Origin: Octopus sinensis | Lineage: Eukaryota | DNA length: 64,000 nt | NCBI RefSeq assembly: GCF_006345805.1 | Contig: NC_042999.1 | Span: 86,924,001-86,988,000 of the forward strand | Direction of reading: 5' to 3' | Part shown: in pieces, positions 41,610 through 51,700 of the stretch | How positions within the stretch are numbered: the stretch's first letter is position 1 | Layout of the letters: every line of letters starts with the position of its first letter | The notes under the pieces: generated by a model | Told to the model about the DNA's origin: nothing | The model's database searches: none | What the model saw: only the letters and a program-made list of their open reading frames with translations | Program-made: the position numbers and the translations under genes

Positions 41610-42140
41610 TATTATTACTTTTTTTTCTTCTTCTTTCAAATTTTCTTCCATTTCTTGCCGAGTGTCTTCCCGACTCCTAGGGCAAAGAAACTCATAGTAT
41701 ACATTGGTAGGCCATTAAACCAAACTCAGTAGTTCGTTCATTTTTTTTTTTTTTAAAGTTAAATTAAAATACATGAGCAGCAACAGTTCTCACATCGACA
41801 ATGCTCTTCTCAATACGTGTGATGTACCAGTTAAGACAATCTTTTGCACTTCTTGCAGGGATGGTAAGCCGGGGATCATTCTCATATAATTATCGGTTCC
41901 CTTCTTGATCATTCCTAGTGCTCCTACGATCACTGGTATTGTAACCGCCTTGAGATGCCACATTTTCTCAATTTCAATGAGTAGGTCTTTATATTTTCTG
42001 AGCTTGTCAAACTCTTTCGCTGAGATATTATGATCACAGGGGATGCTCATGTCGATCAATAAGCAAACTTTATTGTTTTGGTCTTTCACAACAATATCTG
42101 GTTTATTGGCCTTGATGGTTCGGTCTGTATGTACTGTATA
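41610..42140 (-). mobile_element. R4-like LINE 3' end (lineage F)
   Basis: ORF 41790..42089 VCLLIDMSIPCDHNISAKEFDKLRKYKDL..VQKIVLTGTSHVLRRALSM, preceded by KANKPDIVV, plus a 3' UTR. Confidence 0.9.
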
Positions 42141-42195
<55 letters not shown>

Positions 42196-42197
<2 letters not shown>

Positions 42198-42350
42198 TTA
42201 TTTACTTACATTATTTACATTTGACGGATATTTGTCCTCATTTTGCTTGTTGTTAACACAACATTTCGGCTAATATACCCTCCAGCCTTCATCAGGTGTC
42301 TTGGGGAAATTTCGAACCTCGGTTCTCATTCCTAACGTATTTTTTTATGT
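42196..42350 (-). mobile_element. Hammerhead-bearing repeat H1, copy 3
   Basis: Colinear with copy 2, with the same end point and the same CGGCTAATATACC variant. Confidence 0.8.
42255..42300 (-). ncRNA. Minimal type I hammerhead ribozyme motif
   Basis: Same 46-nt sequence as 41483..41528. Confidence 0.68.
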
Positions 42351-42364
42351 TGCTGTTGTTGTTG

Positions 42365-42420
<56 letters not shown>

Positions 42421-42423
<3 letters not shown>

Positions 42424-44989
42424 TAGTTTTATTTTTATAGCGTGCTTTCACTTCACTACCGAGCGCAGCTCTGTGTGCCTTAGGTATGTGCTGTGATTTG
42501 TTGTCATGCTCTGATGGTTATTGTATGGAAAGTGTTCTGAGTAGGATGTGTGCAGTGCCTAGTAGTGCAATTTTCTGTATGTTATATGTGTTTGTAAGTC
42601 CTGGTGTTTTTGTTATGTATTTGTCTGAATATTTTTTTATCATGCCTAATGCACCTACTATGATAGGAATTGTTTCTGTTTTCAGGTTCCACATTCTAGT
42701 TACCTCTATTTCCAGGTCTTTGTATTTTGAGAGTTTCTCCATTTCTTTTAGAGACACGTTGTCATCTGCCGGTATTGATACATCAATTAGAAAGTATTTT
42801 TTTTCTTCATGATCTCTGACAACTATATCTGGTCTGTTGGCCGTAATTTCTCTATCTGTGTGTATCGGCATATCCCAGAGTATGGTTGCTTTCTCGTTTT
42901 CTGTGACCTTTTCTGGTGTGTGCCTATACCATCTTTTTTCTGTTGTTATTCCATAATGTTGGCATAGTTTCCAATGTATGTAGGTTCCAACTCTGTCATG
43001 TCTGTGAATATATTCCTTCTTAGCCAGGACTGGGCAGCTAGAGATAATATGATTTATTGTTTCTTGTCCATCTCCACATATTCTGCAGTTACTTGTAATA
43101 TTTCTTTTCATTACATGTTTTTGGTAATTTCTGGTGGGGAGGCTTTGGTCTTGTGCTGCAATTAAAAATCCCTCTGTCTCTGCTTTGAGTCCTGAGCTTC
43201 TCAACCATTGCTGGGATTTTTCTTTGTCTATTTCTTTTGCGTTTAGTTTAGTGCAGTATTTACCATGAAGGGGCTTTTCTTGCCATCGTTTTATCATGGC
43301 TCGTTGCAGTTCTATTTTTAGTTTGGATTTCATTTGTTTTATAGCTTTTGTTGTTTCTTCATCATCTTCTTCTTCTTCTTTGTGTTTATTAGGTGGTATG
43401 ATTTCTTGTTTGTATTTGTCAGCTTCCTTAAATACTGAGAACAGTTTTTTGTTTTGCTCGTGTTTTGCTGCTATCTGGATCAGTTTTCCTTCCTTCTGAA
43501 GTAGGTATTTTTGCAGTCCCATGGTGGTTATTTTATAGTAGTTTTCCAGCTGTATAAGGCCTCTACCACCTTCTATACGTTGTATATATAGTCTTTCTAT
43601 GTCAGATTTTGGGTGATGCATCCTAGATCCTGTCAGTATTTTTCTTGTTTTCCTATCTATTTTGGACAGTTCATTTCGTGTCCAGTTAAGGATATTGTAG
43701 CTGTAACTTATAACTGGGACAGCTAAAGTGTTGATACCTATTATCTTGTTTTTAGCATTGAGCTCTGTGTTTAGTATTGATCTAACTCGTCTATAATATT
43801 TCTTTTTATTTTCTCTTTCATTTGTGTGTGTTGTGTCTTATCTAGTTCATGGATTCCTAAGTATTTGTAAGTTTGGCTTTGGTCTAATTCTTTAATTTCA
43901 TTGGTTTTATCTAGTGTGGTGTTGTTACTCTTAACTAGTTTTCCTCTTTTCATGGTTACTTTGGCGCATTTTTCTAATCCAAATTTCATATCTATTTCTT
44001 TGGTAAATCCATGAACTGTCTTTAATAGTGTTTCTAGCTGTTTGTCATTTGCAGCGTATAGTTTTAGGTCATCCATATATAAAAGGTGGCTGATCGTTTT
44101 GCCGTAACATTTATATCCGCATCCAGTTCTATTTAGCATATCAGATAGAGGTGACAGTGCCAAGCAGAAAAGGAGTGGAGAGAGCATGTCTCCCTGGAAT
44201 ATTCCTCTTCTAATGGGGATGTCTTTGGTTTTCATGAGTCCCTCTTTTGTTTGGAGGTGTAGGACTGTTTGCCATTTATTCACAGAGTGCTCTATGAATT
44301 TTATGATTGTTGGTGCTACTTTGTTAATGGCTAGTGTTTCGAGGATCCAAGTGTGGGGGATGCTATCAAACGCCTTTTTGTAGTCAATCCAGGCCATACT
44401 GAGGCCTTTCTTCTTTCTGTGGCTGTCTTCAGTTACGGCTTTATTAATCATTAGTTGATCTTTACAGCCATATGAGCCCTTGCGGCATCCTTTCTGCTCT
44501 TCTGGGAACAGTTTGTTTTCGTCCAGGTGCTTGTTCAGCCTTTGCGATATCACTGCAGTAAATGCCTTGAACATAGTAGGGAGGCAGGTTATTGGTCTGT
44601 AGTTTTCTGGTTTTGTTGTTTCATTTGATTTGGGAATTAAGATGGTTTTCCCCTTCGTGAGCCATTCAGGCATTGTCTCTGGCTCTGCTAGTATGCTGTT
44701 AAAGTTTTCAGCCAGCTTTTTGTGCATTCCTGTTAGATATTTCAACCAGAAGTTGGGGATCTTGTCATGCCCAGGTGCCTTCCAGTTGCTTAGTTTTTGC
44801 AGTGCCTGGGTGACCTCTTCAGTTGTTATGGGGGTCCAAAGTTGTTCAGATGCCGAGTTTGTTATTTTCATACTCCTTTTTTTTGGCTGTTCGTTCGCCG
44901 ACCATATTTCTCTCCAGAATTCTTCCAATTCTTCTGCCGTTGGTGCTGCAGTGACTTCTATCTTCTGCCGTTGGTGCTGCAGTGACTTC

Positions 44990-44991
<2 letters not shown>
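42421..44991 (-). mobile_element. R4/Dong-like LINE family A, copy 2 (longest, about 2.57 kb; RT, CCHC and RLE split by one frameshift)
   Basis: ORF 43771..44928 (WKAPGHDKI, NYRPITCL, PEEQKGC, DYKKAFDS, GIFQGDMLSP, LYMDDLKLY) plus ORF 42518..43621. 3' junction AAAACTACTG|(AAT)n. Confidence 0.97.
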
Positions 44992-45078
<87 letters not shown>

Positions 45079-45098
45079 ATTATTATTATTATTATTAT

Positions 45099-45146
45099 TC
45101 AGGTCACTGCCTGGAATTGAACCCGGAATTTTGGGATTAGTAGCCA
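45099..45146 (-). mobile_element. tRNA-like (B-box) head fragment followed by (AAT)n
   Basis: Minus strand reads GGCTACTAATCCCAAAATTCCGGGTTCAATTCCAGGCAGTGACCTG(AAT)n; GGTTCAATTCC is a B-box consensus. Confidence 0.55.
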
Positions 45147-45232
45147 ACAAACAAGATGAGGACAAATATCTGTTAAATATAAATAATATAAATAGTGTAC
45201 ATAATTCCTCATCTCTTAAATATAGAACTGTA
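45147..45232 (+). mobile_element. H1 repeat distal end, inverted relative to the other H1 copies
   Basis: AACAAACAAGATGAGGACAAATATC...CATAATTCCTCATCTCTTAAATATAGAACTGTA is the reverse complement of 29067..29145. Confidence 0.75.
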
Positions 45233-45252
45233 TTTATTTTTATTATTATTAC

Positions 45253-45298
<46 letters not shown>

Positions 45299-45301
<3 letters not shown>

Positions 45302-46465
45302 TAGTTTTATTTTTATAGCGTGCTTTTACGTCACTACCGAGCGCAGCACTGTGTGCCTTGGATATGTGCTGTGATTTGTTGTGATGCTCTGATGGTTACT
45401 ATATTGAAAGTGTTTTGCGTAGGATGTGTGCAGTGCCCAGTAGTGCAATTTTCTGTATGTTATATATATTTGTAAATCCTGGTGTTTTTGTTATGTATTT
45501 GTCAGAATATTTTTTTATCATACCTAATGCGCCTATTATGATAGGAATTGTTTCTGATTTTAGATTCCACATTCGAGTTACCTCTATTTCCAGGTCTTTA
45601 TATTTTGAAAGTTTCTCCATTTCTTTTAGAGACACGTTGTCATCTGCTAGTATTGATACATCAATTAGAAAGTATTTTTTTTCTTCATGATCTCTGACAA
45701 CTATATCTGACCTATTGGCCTTAATTTCTCTATCTCTGTGTATTGGCATATCCCAGAGTATGGTTGCTTTTTCGTTTTCTGTGACCTATTCTGGTGTGTA
45801 CCTATACCATCTTTTTCTGTTGTTATTCCATAGTGTTGGCATAACTTCCAGTGTATGTAGATTCCAACTCTGTCGTGTCTGTGAGTATATTCCTTCATAG
45901 TCAGGACTGGGCAGCCAGAGATAATATGATTTATTGTTTCTTGTCCATCTCCACATATTCTGCAGTTACTTGTTATGTTTCTTTTCATTATATGTTTTTG
46001 GTAATTTCTAGTGGGGAGGCTTTGGTCTTGTGCTGCAATTAAAAATCCCTCTGTCTCTGCTTTGAGTTCAGTATTTAGCATGAAGGGGCTTTTTTTGCCA
46101 TCGTTTTATCATGGTCCGTTGAGTTTTAGTTTTAGTTTTGATTTCATTTGTTTTATAGCTTTTGTTGTTGTTTCTTCTTCTTCTTCTTCTTCTTCTTCTT
46201 CTTCTTCTTCTTCTTCTTCTTCTTCTTCTTCTTCTTCTTCTTCTTCTCTTCTTCTTCTTCTTCATATTTGTTAGGTGGTATGATTTCTTGTTTGTATTTG
46301 TCAGCTTCCTTAAATAATGAGGACAGTTTTTTGTTTTGCTCGTGTTTTGACGCTATTTGTATGTTTTCTTTGCTTCTGAAGTAGATATTTTTGCAGTCCT
46401 ATGGTGGTTATTTCATAATAGTTTTCCAGCTGCATAATGCCTTTATCACCTTCTATACCACCTCC
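45299..46465 (-). mobile_element. R4/Dong-like LINE family A, copy 3 (more diverged; small internal deletion; expanded (GAA)n)
   Basis: ORFs 45701..46081 and 45399..45749; same 3' junction AAAACTACTG|(AAT)n. Confidence 0.93.
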
Positions 46466-46514
<49 letters not shown>

Positions 46515-46615
46515 CGTCATCGTCATCGTCGTCATCATTATCCTCATCATCATAATCACCACCACTATCACCACCACAACTACCATAATCATCATCATCA
46601 TCATCACCATCTGTT
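46466..46615. repeat. Compound (ATT)n/(CAT)n/(CAC)n trinucleotide tract
   Basis: Direct reading. Confidence 0.9.
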
Positions 46616-48179
46616 TATTATTACTGTTGTTTTTTTCTGACATAGAAGGCTTGAAAGCAGTTTGTCAATTAAGTCAAACCTAGTACTTGTACATCAATTG
46701 TACTTTATTTTATCGATCACAGAGCTACGAAAGACAAAGTTGACCTCGGTGAAATTTGAACCAGAAAATGTAAATAGTCAGAAAACCTACTACAAACCAT
46801 TTTCCTCGAAGCTATAACGATTCTGCATAATCTATAGAAAATCCATGCTTTATAAATTTTCTTTTTTTTTTATTTTGATTCGTAAATTTATTTATTTTCA
46901 TGCCACTGCTTCATCTTGGTAAAGACTTTTATGATAAGCAACAGATGTTTTGAAAACTTTGAGTTGAGATGACTAATGATGTTACTAACAATATAATAAA
47001 TGTTAAGCATAACTCTGGAAGATGTAAGTTTAGCCAAGACAGTCTTCTCTTGCCAGCTATTCTCATTTTTTACATGCGTGTATCCATGATGCCATCTCAG
47101 TCATTTGCTAACTCTACTGAACCAAACGTTCCTAGCTATGTTTCTTGGTGGCAAAAGAAATCCAGCCATCCACTTAGTTTCGGGGTGTAAATTAAATGAT
47201 GTATATTCTCTAATTATATTTATTTATTTTTTTTACCTGTTTGGGTTCACCTTTGTTGTCTCTCCAACGTCTTCAGCCTTTGTGGCCAATAAAAGTAATC
47301 ATTATTATTGTCTTTATTATTCACGAGTTGAAAATAGATCAAAATATTTCTTTCTAATAATAAAAAATTACGTATATTTTAGAGAATTTACGTAGAAGTC
47401 TTCCGAGCTAAGGAGGATGTTTATAATCCTTATTTAAGTCCGGCTTTGTTAATCTGACAAGGTTATCCAATAACCGCTGGATCCATCGTAAAGATCATCT
47501 CGCCAGCTGCATTTAACCAGGAAGTACAGACAGTTTCCCCTTTGACTGACTGCGCTTCCTGAGTGACGTGTGAGTTGCATTGTGTACTATATCGCCATGT
47601 GCTGATTGTGTAAAATATGTAATGTATGGACTCAAAAAAAAAAAATCTCCGAAATCGATAAGGAAAAAAATTCTAAAAATCTATTTAAAATCAAAAACAA
47701 ATTGGTAAAGCTTCATCGAAACAGACGCTTTTAACTTGGTGCTTTGTGAACAGGATTATAAAAAAATATTACTAACTTTTACCGAAAAAGCAATGAAAAA
47801 ATAATTATTTTCGGAAGGGGTGCCGCATTTTTGCTATCAGTCGGTGTCAAGAAGGTCAACAGAAGTTACTTTCATCTGCCATCAGCTTATCCATTATCAT
47901 CCTTCCCTATCCACTCGCTTGTCAACACCTGTGTGGACAAGGGAGAGAGAAAAATCATGTCAAGCCTTGCAGAACCAAACAATATCTTAATTTTTTACAG
48001 ATTTTTATTTTTTACTATTTTTACAACACTGAACGCATGCATTACAGCTACGAGTCAGTTGGTTTTTGTTTTTTCCCAGGCAATGGTAATAACTAAAATC
48101 CAGAAAGTGATAATATAAATTCAACCGGTTTATAACTTTGTTAACTTTGTTAAATCAATTTTTCAATACCCTTATCGAT

Positions 48180-48995
48180 ATGGCAAGCGGTAATAAAAAT
48201 CCTGAAAAAAGAAGTGCTGGTGAACGCGCTTTGTTTAATGAAAAATTGACAGAGCTTTATTTTTTTATTGAAATAAATAACAAGTTCATTTGTCTTATTT
48301 GCAACGAACAAGTAACCGTTCATAAAAAATATAGTATCGAGCCAATGAAAATTTGAAAGAATCTGAACATTTAGACAAGATAGCCTCCTTGAAAGAAAAT
48401 CTCTCCAAAAGACAAGCTTTTTTCAAATGGCCAATTCTTGAAACTGAATCAGTAACTCGAGCTAGTTATGCAGTATGCGAAAATATTGCTAAAAAAACTC
48501 AAACCACAAAGCGATGGTGAGTGAATTCGTGAAAGAATGTATCCATACTGCTGTTGAGAATATATGCCCAGAAAAACTTAGTTTGTCTGGAAATATTAGC
48601 TTATCAAGAAGAAATGTTTCTGATTGTATTAAAGATATTGCTGATGACATTTGAAATTCTCTAAAATCTGTTTCAGCAGAATTCGTATTGTTTTCATTAG
48701 CTACTGATGAGACAACTAATCTGTCTAATACCGCTCATGTGACAATATTTATACGTGGAATAACTACAAAATTCAACATTTGGGAAGAATTTCTTGCCTT
48801 GAGATCAATGCATGGAACAACTAGAGGTGAAGATTTATTTCAAATGGTCGACTTAACCTTAAAGGATTTTGATTTACCGTATGAAAAAATAAGTGGTCTT
48901 GCTACAGATGGCGCTCCATCTATGGTAAATCGTAAAAAAGGGTTCGTAGCTCTGATTAAGAATGAATTTAAGAAGCGTCTTTTGGATCCGGGCGT
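48180..48995 (+). pseudogene. hAT transposase remnant (SPIN/Charlie/GTF2IRD2-like), N-terminal half
   Basis: RALFNEKLTELYFFIEINNKFICLICNE (BED-like) and FSLATDETTNLSNTAHVTIFIRG..EEFLALRSMHGTTRGEDLF..KISGLATDGAPSM; contains stops and frameshifts. Confidence 0.88.
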
Positions 48996-48999
48996 GAAA

Positions 49000-49100
49000 T
49001 GAACTGTTTTGCTGAAGAATGCAATGCACTGCCCGGTCGGGGCAGCGAAACCACGACCTTGCGATCGTGTGTCGACACCCTAACCATTAGGATAGACGAC
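49000..49100 (-). mobile_element. S3 SINE head adjoining the truncated hAT
   Basis: Reverse match to the 12096 and 37792 heads. Confidence 0.65.
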
Positions 49101-49229
49101 TATCACCATTACTGAATGAATTATACTTGCTTCTTTAAACAGAAGCTCTCGCGGGACCCGGAAACCCCTTTGTATTCTTTCACGGAGCTGCCTGTTCGTG
49201 GGCAGTTAACATTTTAATGATATTAACCT

Positions 49230-49790
49230 AGTTCAACGATTCTTTTATGCTTTATTTCTTTTTCTGTTAGGTTTTTTTCACTATTAACTCTCGTTTTTCT
49301 ACTATGTTCTGTTTTTATTCTGTTTTACATGACTTATGCGATAATATGGTTTTGTACGTTTGATTCCGTTTCTCTGTCTTTCTTTGTATTCCTCTTAATG
49401 TAATGCACTAGTTTTTTTTTTATATGGAATGGAATCTATGGTATTTCCAGCGTGTTTTGAAGATTTATTCATTGTATGTGCCATCTTTTTTGTTATTATT
49501 TCTTTTGTGGGGACTTATTTGTTTTGTGTCTGTTGTGATGCTGCCATTGGTTTACAGGAGCATATTTTTGTGTAGTCTGTTGCTTTTGATTTATCTTCTC
49601 TGTGTATTCTTGTTAACAGTTGTTCTATTTCTTTCTAGTATAATCTTATTGTTCATAAAGTTTTCATACATTCGGTAGTATGTCCTTTTTTTCCGTTTAT
49701 TATCACTTTGTGTCTTTTACTCCATAACCCATAATACATCCATATCAGTGTATTGATATTGCTGTCAGATTACCTATAAAATTTAGTTAT
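49230..49790 (-). mobile_element. Possible highly decayed Penelope-like GIY-YIG region
   Basis: Strongly A-rich minus strand with FKTRWKYH resembling the FK.R...H motif of PLE endonucleases; many stops, weak. Confidence 0.3.
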
Positions 49791-51089
49791 GATAAACCAA
49801 AATGTTGCTTGCTAAAGCATATATTCCATGTTAAGTTAAAGTGCACTTTATAAGGATGCTTTTAGGGTATAATTTCTGAAACAATCACAATCTAAAATAC
49901 GATCAGTATCTCTCTGTTACATGTGTAAATCATCGAAATATGATAACTATAAAAAATGTCCAATTACACTGCATTCATTGGAGGTCTGTCTGCCCCATCT
50001 TTTTCAAAATCTACTGTGACCTGTGCAAAGACTTTGAGATCAGCCGAATATTTCTTGTACGTTTGGTATAACAACAAAATTATTGCTGTTATATAACACA
50101 TGGAAGTTTAAGTATATTGAGAGAATTCGGAACAAACACATTTGGCACAATTAAAAATCACAATAAATCAAAAAAAGATTGTTAAAATACAGCAGTATCT
50201 TAAACATGGCCACCATACTTAACTAGAGATCCAGCAACACGTTAAAAGCTGCAACTAGTTGAAAAATACACGGTATCATGTAAAAGTATGAAGTATCATG
50301 CAAACAAATGTGGAAATATCATGGATAGTTATTTGACATATAATTCTCAATCAATTTCAATATATTAAAAAGAAAACTCTTCAAATATTTCAGATGATAG
50401 AGTTAAGTTTGCCTTATTATCTGAAATGGCAACACAAACTTTTAACAGTGACTTGCAAACAATAGCTTTACTATATTCATATTCACAGTATAAACAAAAG
50501 AACATAATAATGAAAGCAAACTGACACACAAATATAGTTAAAACATTAACAGGAACCACACTTGATCACCCGAAATAAACAATTATTAGACATTTTTATG
50601 ATGGTGCTTATCTGTCTTGGATATATTATGGCTGTGTACTATGAAAGTAACACTTCAATGTACTGATATATTAATCAGAATTCCTACAAAATATTATTTT
50701 GATAGAGCAAATGTGTACATATTTGGTCTATCATAGTTTACAAACAATGAATTAAATGCATCATAGACTATATCAGTCATGCATTTTCCCCCAGTCTCTT
50801 CACAAATAAATAACCAAGTACATAAGACAGTGTAGCGCACATTTTCATAGCTTGTACGACTACAACCAGCAAAACGTCAACCCAACGAGTCAATCACTAC
50901 ATGAAAAGTCACTTCTGGATACCTATACAACATCCAGAACTCTAGTACAACAGCATTCTACTGTCAATATCATCCCCGTTTAGCCCACACAAACATTAAA
51001 AGTAAATATACATAGAAATGGCTAGCACACTAGAGAATCAGCAATTGTGTGCTCCAGCCAAGTGCACTTTGCTTGCGTCCGTTGTGGCT

Positions 51090-51700
51090 ACCACCAACAT
51101 CAGGGAGCGTCTATGTAGTTGATCGACCTGCTAGAAATAACAACTAAATTACCTTCAAATGACACCCCACGTCTTAAAACGGACACTTTGATAGTGTAAT
51201 TTTTTTTTTTTCACATAAGAAAATCAAAGGACGATCCTGGCTGGAATGCCTTTGATCTTAGATCTGTTCGGTCAGAGATGACATGGGGCTAAACAATAAC
51301 AATAGGTGTACAAACAAATCAATGAAGGAACCTCTATGGGGTCACTCACCCCGCGAAAATTACAGTCAAATGTCGCTAAAATCACGTCTACTGCCTTTAA
51401 AAGGGAGACACCATCACTTTTAATGACAATATAGTCATAAATACTCTTAAAAAGACTGAATGATCTCTGCTGGAAAACTTCTGATCTTAGGCTTGCTTCA
51501 TCTGTTTGAACATATTACATACTTACAGCATGTCTAGGTTGTCCTACTGCAACCCATACGATTTATAACTACATTTCTCAATGTGCAGTATGGTCCTCTG
51601 AGTCGGTGTCTTCATATGACGAGGAAAAAAGTGAGATGTTCGGCCAAAAATCCACGTATCATAGATTTGTCTGCTCGGCTAGAGATGGCTTAACTTTACG
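51090..51700 (+). mobile_element. Three degenerate tandem fragments of another short interspersed repeat
   Basis: Recurrent GATCGACCTGCTAGAAAT.. / GGCTGGAA..CTTTGATCTTAG..CTG.TCGG..AGAGATG motifs at about 51120, 51340 and 51660. Confidence 0.5.

Noticed and set aside
39390-46470. Repeat-spacer alternation superficially like a CRISPR array
   Set aside because: Eukaryotic context, the repeats are microsatellites, the spacers are kb-scale TE fragments, and no cas genes are present
46437-46643. His-rich ORF suggesting a metal-binding or structural protein
   Set aside because: It is a compound (ATT)/(CAT)/(CAC) microsatellite at a LINE junction
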